64,000 bases of DNA from Candidatus Cloacimonadales bacterium (GTDB lineage Bacteria; Cloacimonadota; Cloacimonadia; Cloacimonadales; JAIOQZ01), in the NCBI GenBank assembly GCA_963662655.2, contig CAXXTU010000002.1, positions 3,392,001 to 3,456,000 on the forward strand, read 5' to 3'. Below, piece after piece: positions 37,009 to 46,500 of the stretch (positions are counted from its first letter, which is position 1; each line of letters starts with the position of its first letter). The notes under the pieces were generated by a model. It searched no databases and was not told the DNA's origin. It saw nothing but the letters and a program-made list of their open reading frames with translations. The translations under genes and the position numbers were made by a program.

Positions 37009-39504
37009 ATGCGAGTATGGATGTCTTTGCTGATTGTAGTCATGGCTGTAAGTCTCTTTGGACAGACTTATGTGATAGATGAAGGCTTTGAGGGCGGAGC
37101 TCTTCCTGAAAACTGGACCCAGGAATATATGAACGGCAGCCTCGATTGGGCGTACGATTCCGGGGGGCATAACGGACACCCGGCAGCAGCCCACACTGGA
37201 GATTACAATGCTCTTCTATATTGGGATGATACCGATGCCGTTACAACCCGCCTGATTACACCTGCCTTTAACATTTCCGGAAGCAGCTCAACGCTCAAGT
37301 TCTGGCATACGCAAGCGCTCTGGGAGAACGATCAGGATGATCTGAACGTATATTTCCAGGCAGATGCCGTTAGCGATTGGGTTATCATTGCCAGCTACAC
37401 GGAAAGTATAACGGAATGGACCGAGGAAGAGATCACACTTCCCGAAGGCTCCGGAACAAGTCGCATCGCATTCGAGGGCGTGGCAAAGTATGGATGGGGC
37501 GTTTGCCTGGACGATGTCACGATTGAAGCGCTTGGACCAGAGTACGAACAAGACCTAATGGCCGTAACCGTCACCGGCGATGCCAATCCCTCTGTTGGCG
37601 ATCCTTATGAATATTTCGTGACGGTCAAGAACGTCGGTTCGGAAACGCAAAGCGATTTCCTTGTGCAACTTACCGATGAAAGCGGCAATGTTATTGACGA
37701 AGTTGATGGTAACGAGCTCGCCTACAACGAAGAGGAAGTCTATGAACTGGAGTGGACACCGGAAGAAACGGGAAGCTTCACGCTTCGCGGAAATGTTGTT
37801 TTGGACAACGACGAGAATCCCGGAAACAACGCGACCGTTTTATTCCCCGTTACCGTGCATCCGTACGGAACCATTGTGATAAGCGTGGGCGAGGGAACCG
37901 ATACCAGCTACCGGATTCCGGTCAATGTGTTCTACAAATCGAGCCTGACAGAAACGATGTACTACCCGGATGAGCTTGCGGTCGAGGGTGAGATCAACGC
38001 GATCGATTACTACAATTCCTTCACGAGCACCGTCCCCAGCGTGCCGGTAACCATCTGGATGGGGGAGACGGAATTGCCTTCCCTGGCTGGCGGATGGATT
38101 CCCGCCGATGAATTGACTCAGGTGTTTTCCGGTGTGATAACATTTCTCCCGGGAGAGAACACGATCAATATTCCGCTGCAAGATTCATACTACTATTCGG
38201 GCGGAAACCTTGTGATCATGCTTCTCCGTCCATTCGACGACGACTACTATGAGACGACCGATACCTTCTTCGTCTCGGAAGACCCGGAAAACTACCCAGA
38301 TCGGACAATTCGCTGGCAAAGCGATACGGACGAGAACGATCCGTACGATCCGGACACGGGGACTCTGGATGATAGATTCCCCAACACTACGTTTTATTTC
38401 ACCGCCGGTTCCGCGACGGGTATCATGGGAGTTATCTCCGACCAGAATGGAAATCCTGTCGGCGGTATTGAAGTATCGCTCGACCAGACAAGCGAGGTAA
38501 CGACGACCAATCCGGAAGGATTCTTCCAGTTCTACGGCCTGGACGACGGAACATATTCCATCAGCTATGCGAAGGATGACTATTTCGAAGGGTCGGAAGC
38601 CGATATCGTATTGGGGGACGGCGAGATGATTCAGCTCGAGCTGGATATCATGGAGAAGCTGGACATCGATTTTCAGATTGCCGTCAACACGGAAGAATAC
38701 GCAGGGATCATGATAACCGGCGTAACGTCCGACGGGCTGTACGCTTTCGAGGTCTATACGGACGAGACAGGGGCTGCAACGGTAAACGACGTGTATCCCG
38801 AATACTACAACCTTTACGCATCCAGAATGGACCTTACAGAGTGGACGCTGAACAACGTGCAACTTTTCAGCAATCTCGATGTCAATATCAACATGAATGA
38901 ATCGATCATGCCTCCGCACAATCTTTCTTGCTCGACGGAAGGCGTGTTTGTCTGGCAGTCTCCCTACGAACAGCTCGTGAGGAATTCTTCGGGTAGCAAA
39001 GTAATTGCTGGAAGCCGTTATCTGCAAGAATACAATGTGTATCTTGACGGCGAATTTGTCGCCTCCACCACCGATACGACCTACACGTTTGATCCCGAGA
39101 CACTCGTGATCGATCAATCCTATACTGCCAGCGTGTCCGCCGTGTTTGAGAACGGGGAATCGGAACGTGCGGAGGTGGATTTTGTATTCGAAGGCGTGGG
39201 CGTGAGTGATTCTCCGGACGTTGCAGTTGCGACGGGAATTAAGGGAATCTACCCCAATCCGTTCAATCCCGAGACGAACATCGAGTTCTCTCTGGACCAA
39301 CCCGGTCAGGTGGTGCTGGAAATTTTCAACGTGAGGGGCCAGAAGGTGAAAACGCTGGTGAAATCTCCTTACGATTCAGGCAGTTTCAGCATCCGGTGGA
39401 AGGGACAGGATGATGGCGGAAAGGCGGTTTCAAGCGGGATTTACTACTTGAGAATGACAGTGGGGAATCGACAGGATATCCGCAAGATGATGCTATTGAA
39501 ATAA
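37009..39504 (+). CDS. Secreted multidomain adhesin-like protein (MAM/cleaved-adhesin, CARDB, carboxypeptidase-regulatory, FlgD-Ig)
   Basis: Signal peptide; EGFEGG..W, LITP, LDDV; VKNVG..DENPGNN; YPNPFNP..LLK. Confidence 0.8.
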   Translation: MRVWMSLLIVVMAVSLFGQTYVIDEGFEGGALPENWTQEYMNGSLDWAYDSGGHNGHPAAAHTGDYNALLYWDDTDAVTTRLITPAFNISGSSSTLKFWHTQALWENDQDDLNVYFQADAVSDWVIIASYTESITEWTEEEITLPEGSGTSRIAFEGVAKYGWGVCLDDVTIEALGPEYEQDLMAVTVTGDANPSVGDPYEYFVTVKNVGSETQSDFLVQLTDESGNVIDEVDGNELAYNEEEVYELEWTPEETGSFTLRGNVVLDNDENPGNNATVLFPVTVHPYGTIVISVGEGTDTSYRIPVNVFYKSSLTETMYYPDELAVEGEINAIDYYNSFTSTVPSVPVTIWMGETELPSLAGGWIPADELTQVFSGVITFLPGENTINIPLQDSYYYSGGNLVIMLLRPFDDDYYETTDTFFVSEDPENYPDRTIRWQSDTDENDPYDPDTGTLDDRFPNTTFYFTAGSATGIMGVISDQNGNPVGGIEVSLDQTSEVTTTNPEGFFQFYGLDDGTYSISYAKDDYFEGSEADIVLGDGEMIQLELDIMEKLDIDFQIAVNTEEYAGIMITGVTSDGLYAFEVYTDETGAATVNDVYPEYYNLYASRMDLTEWTLNNVQLFSNLDVNINMNESIMPPHNLSCSTEGVFVWQSPYEQLVRNSSGSKVIAGSRYLQEYNVYLDGEFVASTTDTTYTFDPETLVIDQSYTASVSAVFENGESERAEVDFVFEGVGVSDSPDVAVATGIKGIYPNPFNPETNIEFSLDQPGQVVLEIFNVRGQKVKTLVKSPYDSGSFSIRWKGQDDGGKAVSSGIYYLRMTVGNRQDIRKMMLLK

Positions 39505-39522
39505 GTGAAGTATCGCGAAGCG

Positions 39523-39697
39523 AGGATGATCGACAGCTCGAGCTGAGCGCATCTTGGCCCGATCTCTCCATCGACGTATAACAACACATCTATCACCGCG
39601 CTGGGGATGTGCATCAGCGCACTTGTCGATGTGTATGAATACGTCATCGGGAGGAGATCGAACCAACCTGCATCTCAGGTTGAGCGTCGGTTGTTTT
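39523..39697. ncRNA. Candidate rod-shaped structured RNA or degenerate inverted-repeat element
   Basis: Nine nested complementary segments around an apex near 39608, including several G-U pairs on +. Confidence 0.4.
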
Positions 39698-39898
39698 CCG
39701 ACGTGAAAGTGGTCCCCGTGATTCATTTCTAGCAAGCATCGTGTGCTGTAGACAAGTTTGACTTGACATGATAAGGAATTTCCACAGATTATATACGTGA
39801 AAACATTTTCGCTTTGATCGGAAAATCTGAAACATGGCGGAAGCAAGAAAATTTACCTGATTCACATGAAGTAATCCATTTGTCGGAAGAGGTGTGCA

Positions 39899-40672
39899 AT
39901 GGATGCGGAAGAGAAAAAACTCTGGCAATTATATCGCAAGACGGGTAGGCACGAGCTCATGGAGGTCATCGTCGAGAAGTACCTTCATATTGTTCATTAT
40001 CTTGCGAACAAGCTGAGTATCTTTTCTTCCGGTACGCTGGATCGCGAGGATTTATACAGCGCGGGTGTCATCGGGCTTATCGAGGCGATGCAGAAGTTCG
40101 ATCCTGAGCGCGGATTCGAATTCCAGACGTTCGCGACCATCCGGGTTCGCGGAGCGATCATCGACGAGATACGCAGAACCGATTGGGTTCCTCGCTCGGT
40201 GCGCAAGAAATCGAAGCGGATCGACGCGGCGATTCATGCGCTTTTCAATTCGCTGGGCCGTATGCCCACGGACGAGGAAATCGCGGAAGAGCTCGATATG
40301 ACGATCGAGGAGTACTACCAGATCACGGACAATCTGGGGCCGCTTTTCCTTGCGTCTCTGGACGCGGTGGTTCCCACCGACGGAGAAGGTAATGCCATGC
40401 ACATTGCCGACGTGATCGAGGACCCCTCGGAGAGCAGCGCTGAAGAGAAGTATCTGCAACAGAACCTCAGGAAGCGTATCAGCGATGCGATCAGCGAGCT
40501 CCCCGACAAGGAGAAGCTGGTTGTCGCTCTGTACTACTACGAGGAACTTACCCTGAAGGAAATCGGTATGGTGCTTGATGTGACGGAATCGCGGGTATCG
40601 CAGATGCACTCCTCGGCTCTCATGAAATTGCGCAGCGTTCTGAAGAATGTGAAACTGAAGGACCTTTATTGA
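39899..40672 (+). CDS. fliA: FliA/WhiG family sigma factor (sigma28)
   Basis: DLYSAGVIGLIEA..FD, RVRGAIIDEIRRTDWVPRS, LYYYEELTLKEIG..TESRVSQMH. Confidence 0.9.
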   Translation: MDAEEKKLWQLYRKTGRHELMEVIVEKYLHIVHYLANKLSIFSSGTLDREDLYSAGVIGLIEAMQKFDPERGFEFQTFATIRVRGAIIDEIRRTDWVPRSVRKKSKRIDAAIHALFNSLGRMPTDEEIAEELDMTIEEYYQITDNLGPLFLASLDAVVPTDGEGNAMHIADVIEDPSESSAEEKYLQQNLRKRISDAISELPDKEKLVVALYYYEELTLKEIGMVLDVTESRVSQMHSSALMKLRSVLKNVKLKDLY

Positions 40673-40676
40673 TCTC

Positions 40677-41546
40677 ATGGTCGATATTCAGGAAATCACC
40701 CGACACATCATCTCCCTGCCAGCGCTGCCGACTATCGTCGCCAAACTTCTGGAGATGATCGACAATCCCAAAACATCAGCAGCGAAGCTCGCCAAGCTTA
40801 TATCATCCGACCCGGCATTGACCGCTCGCATCCTCAAGCTTGCAAATTCATCGTACTACGCTTTCACCAATCAGATCAAGACGGTCCAGCTCGCCATCTC
40901 GCTGCTGGGTTTCAATACGATCACCAACCTTGCGATCGGCCTGTCGCTTTCCAAGCGTTTCAACACCGAGTATCGCGACGACGATTTCGATCGGATGCGT
41001 TTCTGGGAGCACTGCCTCGCGGTAGCGATCGTCGGAAAGCGCTTCAGCGAGGATTTTAAGGTCGGAGTCCCCTCCGAAATCTTCACCATTGGGATCTTGC
41101 ACGACATCGGGAAGCTAATCATCCACGAATACCTGCATCCGCGCTATCTGGAGATTGAGAAGCGCAATCGCGATCGAGGAGAAAACTCCCGCTTTGCCGA
41201 GCTGGAAGTGATCGGCGTGGATCATACGCAGATCGGAAGTTGGCTCTGCCAGAGCTGGAAGCTGCCGGTCGATATCGAAAACGCGGTTGGATTCCACCAC
41301 GAGCCCGAGAAGCAGCTAACGGACGAAACGGCCATCATCCACTTTGCGAACGGCATTGTGAACTGCATTGGATATTGCTCGCCTGCCGTCAGGCATTCCA
41401 GGGACGAGATATCGCCGGTCGCTGTGGACTATCTCAAAATCGCAAAAGTGAAAGACGATACGATCGACTGGGAATTCTATTTCGGGCTGGCAAAGGAAGA
41501 GATCGAGCAGGCTAGCGATTTTATCTCCATCCTGAATGCTGTTTGA
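40677..41546 (+). CDS. HDOD domain protein
   Basis: LPALP, DPALTARILKLANS, FWEHC, GILHDIGK, DHTQIGSWL..WKLP. Confidence 0.9.
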   Translation: MVDIQEITRHIISLPALPTIVAKLLEMIDNPKTSAAKLAKLISSDPALTARILKLANSSYYAFTNQIKTVQLAISLLGFNTITNLAIGLSLSKRFNTEYRDDDFDRMRFWEHCLAVAIVGKRFSEDFKVGVPSEIFTIGILHDIGKLIIHEYLHPRYLEIEKRNRDRGENSRFAELEVIGVDHTQIGSWLCQSWKLPVDIENAVGFHHEPEKQLTDETAIIHFANGIVNCIGYCSPAVRHSRDEISPVAVDYLKIAKVKDDTIDWEFYFGLAKEEIEQASDFISILNAV

Positions 41547-41666
41547 TCTGCCGAAATAAAATTATTTTTTCAGCGAAAATCACCAGCGTCCTTGACAAAC
41601 TTACCCCCTGCTGTATTTCACACCCGTTCAGTTCAATACAATGACAGGAAAAGGAAACAGGTTGCA

Positions 41667-43409
41667 ATGAATACGTTTCGATATGTACTACCGCTTCTTC
41701 GGAAAAATCTGAAGCGCATCGTATTGGGTATCGCGATTCTCATCTTCGTCGATTCGTTGCAGCTCATTATCCCCAAGATCATCCAGCACGCGATCAACAG
41801 CCTGGAGAAAGTGGGATTCACGCAGACGGACCTTCTCCACAAAGCGCTGATCATATTGCTCCTCGCGGTGCTGACAACCATTTTCAAGTACGTATGGCGC
41901 ATTCTGTTGATCGGGCACGCATGGCATTTCGAGAGAGACCTGCGGCAGTTGTACTACGATCACCTGATGAAGCTCTCGCAGACTTTTTACAATCACCAGA
42001 AAACGGGCGAACTGATGGCCCGTGCCACCAACGATTTGCATGCCGTGCGCATGATGTTCGGCTTCGGTTTCGTCGCGGCGGCGGACACGCTGTTCCTTTC
42101 GATTGCATCCTTCCTTTTCATGATGTCCATCGACGCAAAGCTGACGCTTCTCTCGATCATTCCGCTCCCCATCATGACCATCTTCATCATCTTCATGGGA
42201 AAACGGATCCACTTCGCCTTCAAGAAGGTGCAAAAGGCTTTTGCCGATCTTTCGGGCATGGTGCAGGAGAACATCTCGGGTATTCGCGTGGTGAAAGCAT
42301 TTGTGCAGGAGCAAAGCGAGCTCCAGAAGATGTCGGGCTTCGCCTCGGACTACGTGAAGAAGAATTTGAAGCTGGTGAAGCTTCAGGCGGCTTTCCACCC
42401 CTTCATGGGGATGATCATCAGCATCAGCATGGGCGTTGTGCTCGTGTTCGGCGGTACGGCGACGATCAAGGGTGAGATTAACATCGGCGAGTTTGTCGCG
42501 TTCTCATCGTATCTCGGAACGCTGGTGTGGCCGATGATCGCCATCGGCTGGATCGTGAACCTCTACCAGAACGGCACGGCGTCTCTCAAGCGCCTGAACG
42601 AAATCCTCGACGTTAAACCCGAGATAACAGACGATAAAGCGAACTTCGAGCTTGAGCAGATCGACGGCACGCTGGATATCAGGGAGCTGAGATTCAGGTA
42701 TCGCGCCGATCTCCCTTATGTCTTCGACGGGATATCGGTTCACCTTCGCAAGGGAGACACATTGGCGATCGTGGGGAGAACCGGCTGTGGAAAATCGACG
42801 CTCGTGAACCTGCTGCTGCGCGTTTACAATCCACCGGAGAATACCTTCTACATCGATGACAAAGAACTCTATACCTTCCCGCTGGATGTACTGCACAGGG
42901 GCATCGCCATCGTTCCGCAGGAGATTTTCCTCTTTTCCGATACTATCGCCCGTAACATAGCGTTCGGCAAGCCCGACGCGACCCGGGAAGAGATCGAACG
43001 AGTGGCGCAGCTTGCAAGCGTTCACAGCGATATCAAGGGATTCAAAGACGGATACGAGACGATGGTCGGAGAGCGCGGCGTCACCCTTTCGGGCGGCCAG
43101 AAGCAGCGTATCGCCATGGCCAGAGCTTTCCTGTGCAATCCCCCGATTCTCATTCTGGACGATTCGCTTTCCGCTGTCGATACGCGCACCGAGAAGGAAA
43201 TTCTCGAGCAGATCATCGAGCTCCGTAAAGATAAAACGACTATCATCATCGCGCACCGGATTTCTTCGATCCAGCACGCGGAGCAGACGATTGTCATCGA
43301 GAACGGCAAGATCGCGGAGCGGGGAAATCACGAAGAGCTCATGTCAATGGGCGGTATTTACAGCGAACTCTACGAGAAGCAGCAGATCGAAGAGAAGCTG
43401 CAAGGCTAG
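41667..43409 (+). CDS. ABC exporter, fused permease and ATPase (MdlA-like)
   Basis: TM domain; GRTGCGKS, LSGGQKQR, ILDD. Confidence 0.92.
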   Translation: MNTFRYVLPLLRKNLKRIVLGIAILIFVDSLQLIIPKIIQHAINSLEKVGFTQTDLLHKALIILLLAVLTTIFKYVWRILLIGHAWHFERDLRQLYYDHLMKLSQTFYNHQKTGELMARATNDLHAVRMMFGFGFVAAADTLFLSIASFLFMMSIDAKLTLLSIIPLPIMTIFIIFMGKRIHFAFKKVQKAFADLSGMVQENISGIRVVKAFVQEQSELQKMSGFASDYVKKNLKLVKLQAAFHPFMGMIISISMGVVLVFGGTATIKGEINIGEFVAFSSYLGTLVWPMIAIGWIVNLYQNGTASLKRLNEILDVKPEITDDKANFELEQIDGTLDIRELRFRYRADLPYVFDGISVHLRKGDTLAIVGRTGCGKSTLVNLLLRVYNPPENTFYIDDKELYTFPLDVLHRGIAIVPQEIFLFSDTIARNIAFGKPDATREEIERVAQLASVHSDIKGFKDGYETMVGERGVTLSGGQKQRIAMARAFLCNPPILILDDSLSAVDTRTEKEILEQIIELRKDKTTIIIAHRISSIQHAEQTIVIENGKIAERGNHEELMSMGGIYSELYEKQQIEEKLQG

Positions 43410-43589
43410 GTTCGTTCTCTCTACTTTTCCACTTCTTTTGAATTCTTTTTACCCAGCTTCGGGAATTGAAAATAGTATTGCAAGTCGAGATGGCGTTTAC
43501 GAATTATTGTTGATTGGTTCATTTCTTGCAAAATAAATGCCGTCTTAATTTTAGAGTAGGATTATGATTCTATCAAACGGGGAGAACTT

Positions 43590-46500
43590 ATGAAAAAGCT
43601 ATTCGGAATGTCGTTGATTCTGATGACGGTTGGCTTGTTGTTCAGTGCGCAAAATGTAAACACGGCAAAACCTCTCGAGAGTAAATATTTCACGATGGGA
43701 GCTCAATCCGCGAGCAGTATCTCGCTCCGGTTCAATCGTGCCGAGTGCGAAATGACGGAAATATCGGTCGGCGGGAAAACCACTCAACTTCTGGTGGGCG
43801 ATAACACCAGCATGATCGAGGGCGAAGGTTTGCCCGTGTTGCCCTACTACACGTCGATGGTGGCGGTTCCTCCCCGAGGCGGGATTGCGCTGGAAATCAA
43901 CGGTTACGACGAAGATATCCAGACCGGTGTCCTCATCCCGGCTGCAGTGGGCGTCGATATCTCCGGCAACCAGACACGAAACGCGAGTCTGGCGTTCAAG
44001 ACGGACGAGATTTATCCCCAAACGATTGCTGAGATCAGTCAGCCTCAAGTTCTTCGCGACGAGCGATTCGTGATTCTCACCGTTTACCCGTACGCATACA
44101 ACCCCGCAACGCGAGAGCTGATAACGCGAAGCAACATCGAAGTGAATATCGTAACGGAAAACACGCAGGGTGTAAACGAAATCAATACCGACAGAAAGCG
44201 TTCGCGCAGTTTTGAGACATTGTACAATTCGCTGTTCCTGAACCCTACCGGACGGGATGAGGCAGAGTGTCAGGCCCGTTCGATTCTCATTGTCTACCCC
44301 GATATCTCCGCCGTTGAAGACGTTGTATTCACTATGGGCAACTGGAAAAGGAGAAAGGGATTCGAGGTGGCCTACCTCAATATCGGCGATCTGAGTTACT
44401 CGACAAATTCCCACATCAAGAGCTACATTCAGGACGCTTACGATTCATGGGAGAATCCGCCGGAATACATCATTATCGTGGGCGACGCAAACGGTTCGCT
44501 GAGCGTTCCCACCTGGACTGAGAATTACTCCGGGTACCAAGGATGCGGCGACAATCCCTATACGCTGCTCGATGGGGGCGATTTGATTCCCGATGCATTT
44601 ATCGGACGCCTGTCGATCAGTACAGCGGACAACCTCTTCACGATATGGAGTAAAATTGTGAATTACGAGATCATGCCATACACAAGTGATACGGCATGGT
44701 ACGGTCACTCTGCGCTCATCAGCGATACCGGTTCTTCGGGAATGTCAACCTATTACACGAATCAGTTCACCAAGGAATCGATTCTCTGGTACGATCAGGA
44801 TCACACCTTTACGGAAGTAACGCAGGTGAGCCCCTCGCCGACGCTTCTCAGCAACGCCTTCAACGAGGGATCGCTTGTGTTCAGCTATCGAGGCATCGGC
44901 GAATTAAACGGCTGGGATGTGGACGACATCAATAACTTGAGCAACGGCAAGAAACTCTGCAATACAACGATAATAACCTGCAACACCGGGACATTCGACA
45001 GCAGCCAGCTAAGCAGGAGCGAAGCGCTGCTTCGCCTCGGCTCGTCCGCGGCTCCGCGGGGGGCGATCGGTGCAATCGGCATGGCCACCAACGGAACGCA
45101 CACGCCTTTCAACAACTGCCTGCACGGCGGAATCTACTATGGCCTGTACATGCAGGGCATGAACACGATGGGTGAAGCGCTCGTCCGCGGGAAACTCAAT
45201 TTGCACAAGTCGTACTCGAGCAGCTTCCAGACATTTGTCAATAGCTTCTCGCACTGGTGCAACCTGATGGGTGATCCATCGCTCGAAGTATGGAAAACAA
45301 TGCCGAAGTCTTTTACCGTGAACTTCGAAGAGAGCCTTCCGACGGGAAGTAATTCCATTCATGTGCAGGTGATCGATGGCGGTGGTAACGGCGTGGAAGA
45401 TGCGTGGGTGACGATAAACCAATTGAACGACGACAACGAAGAGCTGCTCTTCGCCACCGGCTATACCGGCCCTGATGGAACGATTCGGCTGTATTTCCCG
45501 AACGATACGGAAGGCAATGTGAATCTGACGGTAACCAAGCCTCAGCATGTTCCCACTCTCGAGACCTTCACGGTTGGCGGCTCCAGTATGATCGGCTTTC
45601 ATGATGTTGCAATCGACGACGACAACAATGGGGATTCTCATGGTAACGGCAACTCGGCCGCGAACGCCGGCGAGACGATCGAGCTCGTGCCGGTATTGAA
45701 GAATTTCAACAACAATCAAGCTCTGTCCGTTTCTGCAACGCTGGGAACAGACGACCCTTATGTAACGATCATCGACAGCACGGAAGATTATAGCGACATC
45801 GAGGGTGGTGGCGTATCAACCTGTAATGACGACTTTGAAATCGAGATTTCATTGGATTGCCCAGACCGTCATGTTATCACATTCACCCTCGAGGTCTCTT
45901 CGACGCTCGGTACTTGGCGATGTTGCTTCGATGTTCCCGTGCTCGGGAGCGATCTCGATGTGAATGGCTTCGATATATCCGGTAACGGTGTCCTCGATCC
46001 GGGAGAAAGCGCCAATCTGGTTGTGACGATGGTCAACAGCGGCAACGTGACGTTGAATAATGTGCAGGCGACCCTGGAATCGTTGGGGAGCTATGCCAGT
46101 GTGATCGATGCGAATGCAGTTTTTGGAGATGTGGCCCCCGGCGGAGAGACTTCCTGCGTGTCCAACCAATTTACGGTCAGCGCTTCCTCAATCGCCGTTC
46201 CCGGCATGACATGCAAATTTCGTGTGAATCTATTCAACGAAGATGGCTACTCAGAATCGGAGATTCTCACGTTGCCCATTGGTATGAAGACGTCAACGGA
46301 TCCCGCAGGACCTGACGCCTACGGTTATTTCTGCTTTGATTCGGGAGACACCAATTACGACGAGGTTCCTCAGTATGAATGGATCGGAATCACGCCATCC
46401 GAAAATGGTAGCGGAACCAATACAGGAATTTACGATCCCGGCGAGAATTACGACGACATCGGAGATGTCGAGTTGCCGTTCATCTTCAACTTCTATGGGG

